NCBI GenBank assembly: GCA_946629885.1
Contig: CAMOYI010000038.1
Location: 1-55,659, forward strand
DNA: 55,659 nt
Source: an uncultured Mycoplasmatota bacterium
Lineage (GTDB): Bacteria > Bacillota_I > Bacilli_A > RF39 > UBA660
Reading direction: 5' to 3'
This document shows, piece by piece, positions 30,055-38,396 of the stretch (positions within the stretch are counted from its first letter, which is position 1; each line of letters begins with the position of its first letter). The position numbers were made by a program, and so were the translations under genes. The notes below the pieces were generated by a model. That model saw nothing but the letters and a program-made list of their open reading frames with translations, was not told the DNA's origin and did no database searches.

Positions 30055-30117
30055 TATCATTCCTCTTTCTTATATTATAGATATGAATGTGAATACAATT
30101 TTATTACATTAATATTT

Positions 30118-30846
30118 TTAATTTTCTGGATTACTTATTTGTACCAAATGGTATATTTGTTCATCTTGACCATTCTCTTTGATATATCCTTCTATATCCT
30201 TTAAAAGGTCTACTAAAGCCGATAAATTTTCCCGTTTCATTTTATATTCTATTTTTCCATCTCTAGAAAAGGTACTTGTCATTGTTACAAATGATAGAGA
30301 ACGATATAAAATAATTAAACAATCCATTATATGGGCTGTTCCGTAGTATGCATCCAGTGTATCAGTAATTAGTTCATTTTCGCTTGTATTTCTGGCGGCT
30401 AAATTAATAAGGTGGTCTTTGATAAGAGTTACAGTTTCCTTGCCAGCAAAGTAGAAATTAGTCATATCAAAAGCGTCATTGCTGGTAATATGAATCGTAG
30501 TAATCTTCATTGCCTTTATTATTCTTCTTAAATAATCTTCCTTATTTTCTGTAGTTTCGTCATTTGCAGAATTAATTATATTTATTCCTTCTTCTTTATC
30601 AAAGGTAAAGAACTGTGAAATAATCGACTCAATTTTTGCTTTAAATTCACTAAATTCTCCCTTTTCAAATAAATTTACTAATTCATTATAATCATCTAGA
30701 TGTACACCAATAGTTCTGAAAAACAACTTTAAAAGAAAGCTACCTTGTCTACACTCGTCTACCAAGTCATCGGTATATTGAATTATCCTATAAGATCTTC
30801 CTATATCATCGTAAGCTACTTCCTGTCTTCTAATCATATTTGCCAT
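30118..30846 (-). CDS. hypothetical protein A of the cassette (242 aa)
   Basis: ORF with AGGAG 10 nt upstream. Predicted soluble. No known domain recognised. Confidence 0.65.
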   Translation of the reverse strand: MANMIRRQEVAYDDIGRSYRIIQYTDDLVDECRQGSFLLKLFFRTIGVHLDDYNELVNLFEKGEFSEFKAKIESIISQFFTFDKEEGINIINSANDETTENKEDYLRRIIKAMKITTIHITSNDAFDMTNFYFAGKETVTLIKDHLINLAARNTSENELITDTLDAYYGTAHIMDCLIILYRSLSFVTMTSTFSRDGKIEYKMKRENLSALVDLLKDIEGYIKENGQDEQIYHLVQISNPEN

Positions 30847-30877
30847 AACACAACAACTCCTATTTCATTAGTTGTAT

Positions 30878-30906
30878 ATTATAATTAATCATGAGTGTTA
30901 TGTAAA
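30878..30906 (-). promoter_or_regulatory. sigma-A-like promoter for the three-gene cassette
   Basis: Minus strand reads TTTACA, 17 nt, TATAAT. The -35 element overlaps the last codons of the yqxA-like gene. Confidence 0.55.
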
Positions 30907-31224
30907 CAATTTTTTAAAAATATTTCCTATGTTTTTAATACTATCACTTAATATTTTTTCGATGCTAGAACTTATATAGTATCCTACCTTCGATGTATTA
31001 TTAGTATAGTCTTTATTTTCATCTATTAAGTAGTCATTGATATCGACTTGTTTACCATCTTTGACATCCTGTTCAAATCTTTTGATTTGATTATTTGTAA
31101 ATTCTGTTTTCTTTCTCATACTGCTATCATAATATCCAGTTTTATCTAAAATATAAAGAGATAAATATCCAATAAAAAATACTATTAATGCTATCTTTAA
31201 CCAATTGATTTTTTTCTTTTCCAT
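30898..31224 (-). CDS. YqxA-like small membrane protein (DUF3679-like)
   Basis: About 108 aa with one N-terminal TM helix. It lies immediately downstream of spoIIP, exactly where the 112-aa yqxA sits in B. subtilis. The ATG at 31224 follows GGAGGGTG. Confidence 0.55.
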   Translation of the reverse strand: MEKKKINWLKIALIVFFIGYLSLYILDKTGYYDSSMRKKTEFTNNQIKRFEQDVKDGKQVDINDYLIDENKDYTNNTSKVGYYISSSIEKILSDSIKNIGNIFKKLFT

Positions 31225-31225
31225 A

Positions 31226-32125
31226 TTAAACACCCTCCATATATTTAAATATTATTTGAGATATTTCTTTTAATGTGTTATTTACTTCTTCAATCGTATT
31301 ATCTTGGCCTCCTACTTCTAAGAGTATACTATTTTCTAGTATATCTTGATTATATACACCATTTACCTTTGATCCTGTTTTTCTTGATATTCCTCTTGTT
31401 AATCTTGTATCTATTTTATTATTAAATTCCTCAGCAAGACGAATATTGTGTTCTGGATTTTGATAGTCCAAACCTACGACAAATAGTACTTTAGCATACT
31501 TTTTCCCATCTATTTCTATTGAAGTTGCATTTTTTCGGGCACTGTCTCTATGTAAATCTATAAATAACTTGATGCTAGGGAATTCTTCCATTCTTTTCGT
31601 TAAATAATACCTACTTGCCTTATAGGAATCTTTATATTTTAGACCATTATTTCGTAGATAATCCCCCATACTATCGCGCTCCACATATGATGCTATGCCG
31701 TATTCTTTTAGATAGTCTCTCAATATAAAACTAGCTGTTTTTACAGTAAAACTGATGTTATATGCTTCAAGAATATGAGATGTATAACTTTCAGTATCGT
31801 GAGTATTATAAATATATACTAATGGTTTTTCGTCGTTAGATGTTGAATCTATTGCACTTAAATTGGTATCTATTTTTGGAATATCGCCCAAAAGCACTTC
31901 AGTACCTAAGTAAAATAATTCTTTGGGGCTTATTGTCCTATATTTAATCGACGTATTGCTTAGTCCAATTTTTAATATTGAATCACTCTTTAAGATTGGG
32001 CCGATTACTTTAATATTAATTATTAAATTAAATATGTAGTAAAAAGAAATAACCGATGCTATAAAGAATAAAAGAAATTTAACTTTGATTTTTGTACTCT
32101 TTTTTGCGACAAATCTTTTTTTCAT
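31226..32125 (-). CDS. spoIIP: stage II sporulation protein P
   Basis: TM anchor, then VYIYNTHDTESY, LFIDLHRDS, VNGVYNQDILENSILLEVGG, the conserved SpoIIP motifs. The ATG at 32125 follows GGTGA. Confidence 0.85.
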   Translation of the reverse strand: MKKRFVAKKSTKIKVKFLLFFIASVISFYYIFNLIINIKVIGPILKSDSILKIGLSNTSIKYRTISPKELFYLGTEVLLGDIPKIDTNLSAIDSTSNDEKPLVYIYNTHDTESYTSHILEAYNISFTVKTASFILRDYLKEYGIASYVERDSMGDYLRNNGLKYKDSYKASRYYLTKRMEEFPSIKLFIDLHRDSARKNATSIEIDGKKYAKVLFVVGLDYQNPEHNIRLAEEFNNKIDTRLTRGISRKTGSKVNGVYNQDILENSILLEVGGQDNTIEEVNNTLKEISQIIFKYMEGV

Positions 32126-32240
32126 ATAATTCACCAGTGAAAGAATATAATAAAAATGCTGAAAATTATGTAGAAATTGGTTGCAAGGTTATATTTTTTT
32201 TGATAAAATACTGGATGTGTAGAGAAAAAGAGGTGATAAT

Positions 32241-32507
32241 ATGCCAATCATTAAGAGTTCAAAGAAGTCTGTTAAAACTGATAAAGCACAGACAGTTGCA
32301 AATAACGTCTATACTAAGACTGTTAAAAATGCAATTAAAAATACTGAAAAAGCTATTAATAACAACGATATCGATGCTGCTAAAGATGGATATGCAAAGA
32401 CTGTAAAAGCTATAGACAAAGCTTGCAGCAAAGGTTTAATTAAGAAAAATACTTGTGCTAGACAAAAATCTAGATTAAATAGTAAGATAAAAGGAATGAC
32501 TAAGTAA
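32241..32507 (+). CDS. rpsT: 30S ribosomal protein S20
   Basis: Starts [26 protein letters not shown]... and ends ...[21 protein letters not shown]. Divergent from spoIIP, as in Bacillus. Confidence 0.93.
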   Translation: MPIIKSSKKSVKTDKAQTVANNVYTKTVKNAIKNTEKAINNNDIDAAKDGYAKTVKAIDKACSKGLIKKNTCARQKSRLNSKIKGMTK

Positions 32508-32575
32508 TTAGTCTTTTTTATTTGGTTACAGTAGTATTTTTAACTATTATTTGCTATAATTTTAATGGTGACGAT

Positions 32576-33469
32576 ATGAGAAAAATTATTTTACCTATTA
32601 TTTTACTGCTTTTAATAGCGGTAACGATATTAAAAATTGATGATATTACGACATATACATCAAAGCTGATTGGAGAAGTACCGTCTGTATATGTAAGTGA
32701 TCCGAATGAATATACTACTGATAATGATTATTTTTACGTTCAGAAGACAAAAGACTTTGTACCGTATAGTAAACAAGATATACTTAATATCTTTTATTCA
32801 TTTTTAGATAACGGTTATGAAACTTTCACATTTTATTGTCCAAGCGAATATACAGAATGTATTAACGATATAACGGCATTAATAAATAACCAAACGGTTA
32901 TAACAGACATAGGAAACTTTGTACATCCATTTAATAACTTTAGTGATGTATACTTGACTACAAGTTCATCTGGAGAGGTGAATATAAAGATTAAGAAGAC
33001 ATATACTGACGAAGAGATAGTCAAAATAGAAAAGAAAGTCGATGAGATCATTGAAGCTAACATAACTGAAGATATGGATATAAATGATAAGATATTAAAA
33101 ATACACGATTATATAGTAGATAATACAGTTTACGATACTAGTGAAAGAGATGGAGAGAACTCTTATACTCTACTATATGAAGGAAAATCTAAATGTGCTG
33201 GATATGCTGATACATTAGCAATATTTCTTCATAGATTGGGATTAAAGAATTTCAAAATTGGAAGTGAAAAGCATGTTTGGAATGCGGTATACATCGATGA
33301 TAAGTGGCAACAAATAGATGTCACCTGGGATGATCCAGTAGTACAAAATGGTGCTAGTATTAGTAATACTATAAGACATAAATTTTATATGATTGACACA
33401 TCCACACTTTTATCATACGATACTACAGAACATAACTTCGATACAAAGATATATCTAGAAGTAAAATAA
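32576..33469 (+). CDS. transglutaminase-like (papain-fold Cys-His-Asp) extracytoplasmic protein
   Basis: N-terminal TM/signal anchor (ILPIILLLLIAVTIL). It contains GKSKCAGYADTLAIFLHRLG...EKHVWNAVYIDDKWQQIDVTWDD, the transglutaminase-core C...H...D arrangement. Start taken at 32576. Confidence 0.75.
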   Translation: MRKIILPIILLLLIAVTILKIDDITTYTSKLIGEVPSVYVSDPNEYTTDNDYFYVQKTKDFVPYSKQDILNIFYSFLDNGYETFTFYCPSEYTECINDITALINNQTVITDIGNFVHPFNNFSDVYLTTSSSGEVNIKIKKTYTDEEIVKIEKKVDEIIEANITEDMDINDKILKIHDYIVDNTVYDTSERDGENSYTLLYEGKSKCAGYADTLAIFLHRLGLKNFKIGSEKHVWNAVYIDDKWQQIDVTWDDPVVQNGASISNTIRHKFYMIDTSTLLSYDTTEHNFDTKIYLEVK

Positions 33470-33495
33470 AAACTACACATTAGTGTAGTTTTTAT
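33468..33495. terminator. bidirectional intrinsic terminator
   Basis: AACTACAC-ATTA-GTGTAGTT flanked by an A-run and a T-run. It sits between the convergent transglutaminase-like and lipoprotein genes. Confidence 0.7.
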
Positions 33496-33496
33496 T

Positions 33497-33916
33497 TTAC
33501 TGTGCGGCAATTAAATCTATAAAATCGAATTCTACGCTAGAGGCTTTACTAAAATCTTTATCTAGGCTTAACGAAAACTCTAATGAACCACCCTGTGGTA
33601 TTTCTTCATTAGAATAACTTTCTAGTCTACCAATTTCCTCGCCTTTAGAATCGCTAACGATTACGTCGTATCGTCCAAGGGTAACGGCTTCACTTCTTGA
33701 ATTAATTAAGTTAAAACTCATAGTTGTATATTTCCCATCAAAGATAAAGTCGATGTCTTCGATTCTTATACCATAGTATTCCTTATTCTCGATAACCCCT
33801 TTTTCCTTAACTTCCACAGTGTTTGACTTTTCTGGATTCTTTTTATTTTCACTTTTCTTTCCAAAGCATCCAGTTAGAACTAGTAATAAAGCGATTAATA
33901 TTAAAATTTTTCTCAT
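33497..33916 (-). CDS. small lipoprotein encoded 10 nt downstream of the giant pilin-like gene
   Basis: Lipobox LLVLTGC followed by a 115-aa beta-rich domain. No promoter or terminator is visible in the 10-nt gap, so co-transcription is likely. Confidence 0.65.
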   Translation of the reverse strand: MRKILILIALLLVLTGCFGKKSENKKNPEKSNTVEVKEKGVIENKEYYGIRIEDIDFIFDGKYTTMSFNLINSRSEAVTLGRYDVIVSDSKGEEIGRLESYSNEEIPQGGSLEFSLSLDKDFSKASSVEFDFIDLIAAQ

Positions 33917-33926
33917 TTTTATCCTC

Positions 33927-36900
33927 CTATTCTAATATATAGCACTTTTTATTATCAAGTTTATACTTTCCTGCTCTACAGCGATTAAGGCAATTATCCA
34001 TAGCTTCTATTTCGTCTGTATATGCAATTGTTGTGTCTATACTACAATAATGAGCTGTATCATATGATAATTGTCCGAGCGTTTCTTTTATACATTTACT
34101 ACTAATGCCACATGTTGAACTACTACATGTATAAGGACTATCACATGTATAAACATATATATCTAGAACACTTCCATAATTATATCTAGAACACTCTTCA
34201 CTTGCTTTTGCAAAAGTATCATAATATTGATCAGTCAGTGAACAATAATATTTTTTCTCTGATGTAATAGATTTTGAAACAGTCTTCTTACATGTACTAT
34301 TCTGATTACAGTTTGCTCCATCACTGCATGTGTAGCCAGAACTACATTTATATACATAATAATTTGACACAGTACCTGCAATTACACGAGAACAAGCAGT
34401 TCTTGCAGCCTCTTCTGTATCATAGCTACTGTTTGTAAGTGAACAATAATATTTATAGTTTGTTGTTGAATCCTTTTCGTCATACTTTGTACATGTGCTA
34501 TTTTGATTACAACTTGATTCATCACTGCATGTGTAGCCGGAAGGACAGCCATATGTTACATTAGTTGTAACATTTCCATTTTTAACAGTGTAGCAGTTGT
34601 CTTCAGCATCGCTATAGCTAGTATAATTGTCATTGTTCAAGCTGCACTTATATGTGTAAGTTTTATATAATTTGGCACTATCAGAAAATGAGCAGGCACT
34701 ATTTTGATTACAATCGGCACCATCACTACAAGTAAACCCACTTGGACAACCATATGTTTTAACTTCATTTATAGTTCCTGGAGTAGATTTAGTACAATTG
34801 TCGATTGCTTCAGTTTGGTTGTCATATATTTCATTATCTAGAGAACATTTCCATTTAGTTGATCCATATACTTTAGTCTGTTTAGTACAGATGCTATTTT
34901 CCTTACATGTACTACCGCTGCAAGTAAAGCCGCTTGGACAAGTATATGTAGCCGTATATTGTATAATTCCTGGTTTGTTTGCAATACAATCAGATTTAGC
35001 TTCTGATTGAGTTTCATAAACATTGTCATTTAAAGAACACTTCCAATTTGTTGCTGTCAATGGCTGCTTTGATTCCGTTTTACTACATGTGCTACTTGAA
35101 TTACAATTAGTTCCATCACTACAAGTATAGCCACTTGGACATGCATATACTGTCTTACTCACAACTGAACCTGATGTTGTTTTTTTACATTCATTTACCG
35201 CATCCTGCTGTGTATTATATATTTTGGAATTATAAGAACATGTATATGCTACTGTTCTAGTTACTGCTGTTGATTCAATTTTTGTACATTTGCTCGACGA
35301 CTTACAAGGATTAGTACTACAAGTGTAGCCACTTGGACAAGAGTATTTAGTAGTTGCAGTAGGCGAAGTCGTCTTCGTACATGTTCTTGTAGATTTTGAA
35401 GTACAAGTGGTATTTGAAGTACAAGTTTTACCTTTTACACTACTATCAGGGCAATCTGTTCTCGAGTCAGATTGAGTATATCCGCTTGGACAACTTGCTG
35501 GGCAAGAACCAGTACAATAGTATTGTCCATATGTTAAAACTGCGCTCGAATTACATGTCCATGTCTCTTTTCTGTAGTAGTTTATCGAACTACATGAATC
35601 TGTAAACTCTAGTCTAGACGAATCACCGCCGCAAACATAGTTATTCATGTCATTTATGCAATCGGTCTTAGAAGAAAAATATCTTTTTGGTGTTAATTCT
35701 CGTTCCCCTCCAGTTATACAGGCTCCTTGCCAGAAATATCTAGTATTTGTGTGAGTACATTTTGTCTTTTTCTTACCTTCTCTACCAGCTTTACAATCAT
35801 AATTCACATGTTCTTCTGAACATGATGTTTGATTGGTACTTGTCAATTTATTTCCCCAACTATAGGTATATCCAGTTATACTACAATAACTTGTATATTT
35901 ATAACTACCACTAGTAATTATTGTAGCAGTACATTTGCTTGTCGACTTACAAGGACTATCGCTACAAGTAAACCCGCTTGGGCACGAGTAAGTCGTAGTA
36001 GATACGAGGTTAGCTGTCGTATTTTTTGTACATTTGCTTGTCGATTTACAAGGATTATCACTGCAAGTAAACCCGCTTGGGCATGCGTAAACATTTGTAG
36101 TACCAATTGAACCTGTTTCAGTCTTTTGACAATTATTAGTTGCAGTTGTTTTATCATCGTAAGTCCCACTTAACTGATTACCAAAATAGCAATCATAAAC
36201 TGTCTTTTGGCTTGCTGACACTGTTGAGGTTTTACTACATGTACTATTCTGATTACAATTAGCACCATCGCTACATGTGTAACCATTTTCACAATAATAT
36301 TTGGTAAACGAAGTTACAGTACCATATTCGCTATCATTACAATATTTGAGTGCGTCTTCCTCAGTATTGTAATAGTCGACCCAAACTCCATCGATGTAAC
36401 AATTGTATTTATTTGTCTTTATTACAGGCACTGTCATTTTACAAGTACTATTTTTGTTACAATTAGTTCCTCCACTACAAGTATAGCCAGTTGGACATGA
36501 ATATATATATGATGACTCTACTGTACCTGATGTGCTTTCATTACAATAATTATTAGCATCTTCTTCTGTATCATAACTATAGACAAAGACTCCATTAATA
36601 TAACAATTATATTTAGTTGAAACGACTGTAGGCGTTGTAGTCTTAATACATGTACTATTCTGATTACAATTAGCACCATCACTGCAAGTAAATCCACTTG
36701 GACACTGATATTTATAGTTAACTGTTATTTCGCCGCTTAACTTTTTTTGACACTTGCTGATTGCTTCATCATGCGTAGTAAATGATCCTATATATTCTCC
36801 ATCTACATAACATAAATAATATGTAGAATTAACAGGTGAAGTTGTACCAGACACTTTTCTACAAGTACTAGTGGACTTACAAGGAACATCACTACAAGTA

Positions 36901-38318
36901 TAGCCAGTTGGGCATGAATACTGAGAAGTTCTAGTAACTGTACCAGATTCTGTTGTTGAACAATTTTCTACTGCCTCTGAACGGTTATCATATATTTTTT
37001 CATCTATTTCACATTTGTATTTTAGCTCGCTTAAAACATTCTCTTCTATTGTTTTAACACATTTACTTGTCGATTTGCAAGGATTCGTATTACAAGTATA
37101 ACCATCATTACAAGTGTACTTTGAAGACACCGTAATTGTACCAGATTCATAAATTGAACAATTTTTTTCTGCATCAGCATAATTATCAAATATTTCATTA
37201 GTCACGTCACACTTATATTTTTTAGTTTCTGTTGTTTCTTTTTCTTCCCTTTTTATACATTTGCTCGTAGATTTACATGGGGTTGTGTTACAAGTAAATC
37301 CATCAGAACAATAATATGTTTTTACGGTAGTTACAGTTCCACTTACAGGGTTTTCAATTATTAGTTTTCTGCTTATTTCATTAGAAATATTGCCGGCGTA
37401 ATCGAATGAGTGTACTTTTACCGTTGCATCTGTTAAATCGTTTGTAATTTTATATTTCGGATTTACAACGGGTTGTGCTTCCCCTATCTTGTAAGAATAC
37501 TTAACCCTCTCACTATAAGTATCACGAGATCCACTAAATGCTAAGTAAAAGTCGTCAGTTATTTCAATATTAGGGTCTGTCGGATTTGTCGCATCAACTT
37601 TTATATTCTTAATTACACATGATCCTTCAGTCCCATCTTCATATTTTACATAACCGTAATATGTAGATCCTGTAGTACTCGATAATGGCATCTCTCTTAA
37701 ATCGTTATACCATTTTTCTGAACTCTTACTTATGCCATATTTAACTGGGGTTACTCCTTCTTTTTTGAATACTAGAATTAATTTATTATTTTCTCCTATA
37801 TACCAACCATTAGTTCCTTCAGTTCCCTCTACAATTAAGTCGCATAGTTTATTTTCTGGTGAAATAGTATCATATGGATCAAATTCTTCACCAAAGTGAG
37901 CATCTACATCTTTTTGATCGGCATCGATAATTATTTCTATTGGTTCTTTATCAAAACACTTCGATTTATCCCTTGGGTTTGTCACTAAACATTCGTCATT
38001 ATCTTCTGGGTCATAGTATCCTAGTTCAATTAGTTCTTCTACTGTCGTATTAAACTTATATACACATTTATCTCCACTACAATCACAGTGTCCACTTGTT
38101 TCTGTACATTCTCCATACTCTTCTTTTATCTTTTCACTATTCTCTTTTGCATATTCTCTTGCCGCTTGTTCGATTAATTTTACTTTGCTGTTATATGCTC
38201 TATTATCAATTCTTCCTCTAGCACCACTTATTCCAGCGATAGCCATTGTTGCAATTAGTGTTATAATCACTAAAACTGTAATTATTTCGACAATTGTAAA
38301 TCCTTTACTATTTTTCAT
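33927..38318 (-). CDS. giant (1463 aa) type IV pilin-like protein with cysteine-rich tandem modules
   Basis: The N-terminus MKNSKG|FTIVEIITVLVIITLIATMAIAG is a class III (prepilin) signal: Gly-Phe cleavage site, Glu at +5 and a hydrophobic helix. Residues 335-1450 carry at least 15 copies of Y-x-C-P-S-G-[YF]-T-C-S-D-x(2,3)-C-x(3,4)-S-x-C. These alternate with Y-x-C-x(7,10)-[YF]-[DN]-x(3)-[ED]-A-x(3)-C units. Confidence 0.8.
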   Translation of the reverse strand: MKNSKGFTIVEIITVLVIITLIATMAIAGISGARGRIDNRAYNSKVKLIEQAAREYAKENSEKIKEEYGECTETSGHCDCSGDKCVYKFNTTVEELIELGYYDPEDNDECLVTNPRDKSKCFDKEPIEIIIDADQKDVDAHFGEEFDPYDTISPENKLCDLIVEGTEGTNGWYIGENNKLILVFKKEGVTPVKYGISKSSEKWYNDLREMPLSSTTGSTYYGYVKYEDGTEGSCVIKNIKVDATNPTDPNIEITDDFYLAFSGSRDTYSERVKYSYKIGEAQPVVNPKYKITNDLTDATVKVHSFDYAGNISNEISRKLIIENPVSGTVTTVKTYYCSDGFTCNTTPCKSTSKCIKREEKETTETKKYKCDVTNEIFDNYADAEKNCSIYESGTITVSSKYTCNDGYTCNTNPCKSTSKCVKTIEENVLSELKYKCEIDEKIYDNRSEAVENCSTTESGTVTRTSQYSCPTGYTCSDVPCKSTSTCRKVSGTTSPVNSTYYLCYVDGEYIGSFTTHDEAISKCQKKLSGEITVNYKYQCPSGFTCSDGANCNQNSTCIKTTTPTVVSTKYNCYINGVFVYSYDTEEDANNYCNESTSGTVESSYIYSCPTGYTCSGGTNCNKNSTCKMTVPVIKTNKYNCYIDGVWVDYYNTEEDALKYCNDSEYGTVTSFTKYYCENGYTCSDGANCNQNSTCSKTSTVSASQKTVYDCYFGNQLSGTYDDKTTATNNCQKTETGSIGTTNVYACPSGFTCSDNPCKSTSKCTKNTTANLVSTTTYSCPSGFTCSDSPCKSTSKCTATIITSGSYKYTSYCSITGYTYSWGNKLTSTNQTSCSEEHVNYDCKAGREGKKKTKCTHTNTRYFWQGACITGGERELTPKRYFSSKTDCINDMNNYVCGGDSSRLEFTDSCSSINYYRKETWTCNSSAVLTYGQYYCTGSCPASCPSGYTQSDSRTDCPDSSVKGKTCTSNTTCTSKSTRTCTKTTSPTATTKYSCPSGYTCSTNPCKSSSKCTKIESTAVTRTVAYTCSYNSKIYNTQQDAVNECKKTTSGSVVSKTVYACPSGYTCSDGTNCNSSSTCSKTESKQPLTATNWKCSLNDNVYETQSEAKSDCIANKPGIIQYTATYTCPSGFTCSGSTCKENSICTKQTKVYGSTKWKCSLDNEIYDNQTEAIDNCTKSTPGTINEVKTYGCPSGFTCSDGADCNQNSACSFSDSAKLYKTYTYKCSLNNDNYTSYSDAEDNCYTVKNGNVTTNVTYGCPSGYTCSDESSCNQNSTCTKYDEKDSTTNYKYYCSLTNSSYDTEEAARTACSRVIAGTVSNYYVYKCSSGYTCSDGANCNQNSTCKKTVSKSITSEKKYYCSLTDQYYDTFAKASEECSRYNYGSVLDIYVYTCDSPYTCSSSTCGISSKCIKETLGQLSYDTAHYCSIDTTIAYTDEIEAMDNCLNRCRAGKYKLDNKKCYILE
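33969..37316 (-). repeat. in-frame coding tandem repeats (33-60 codon units) inside the pilin-like gene
   Basis: The exact 20-mer CATGTACTATTCTGATTACA occurs at 34291, 36238 and 36649. Two 54-nt blocks at 35931 and 36030 are 50/54 identical with a 99-bp period. Confidence 0.85.
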
Positions 38319-38333
38319 ACTTTCACCATTTTA

Positions 38334-38362
38334 AGTATAGCATTTAAGCTGATATTTTTCAA
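38334..38362 (-). promoter_or_regulatory. sigma-A-like promoter for the pilin-like gene
   Basis: Minus strand reads TTGAAA, 17 nt, TATACT, then GGTGA and the ATG. The leader would be very short. Confidence 0.45.
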
Positions 38363-38391
38363 TAAAAAAGCTTATTTAATAAAAAGCTTAT
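38362..38391 (-). terminator. intrinsic terminator after ruvB
   Basis: Two AAGCTT palindromes form a 6-8 bp stem, followed by TTTTTATT on the minus strand. Confidence 0.5.
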
Positions 38392-38396
38392 TCAAT

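Noticed and set aside
32092-32406. 104-aa plus-strand ORF overlapping rpsT in another frame
   Set aside because: rpsT (32241-32507) has a strong RBS and an unmistakable S20 sequence. The overlapping ORF starts inside the spoIIP coding region and has no support.
35829-36169. Two overlapping ORFs (35829-36110 plus strand, 35918-36169 minus strand) with internally repeated peptides
   Set aside because: They are alternative-frame readings of the 99-bp tandem duplication inside the giant pilin-like gene. The main frame is continuous over 1463 codons and explains the region.
33969-37316. Possible CRISPR-like or non-coding repeat array, because of recurring 20-54 nt blocks
   Set aside because: The repeats are in frame within one long ORF, have variable 99-180 bp periods, and encode a conserved Cys-rich peptide motif. 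There is no repeat-spacer regularity and no cas genes.
27064-38362. Possibility that the cassette or the pilin block is a mobile element or prophage remnant
   Set aside because: No integrase, transposase, recombinase, tRNA attachment site, or flanking direct or inverted repeats could be found by eye. Base composition looks similar to the flanks, so no mobile_element call is supported.
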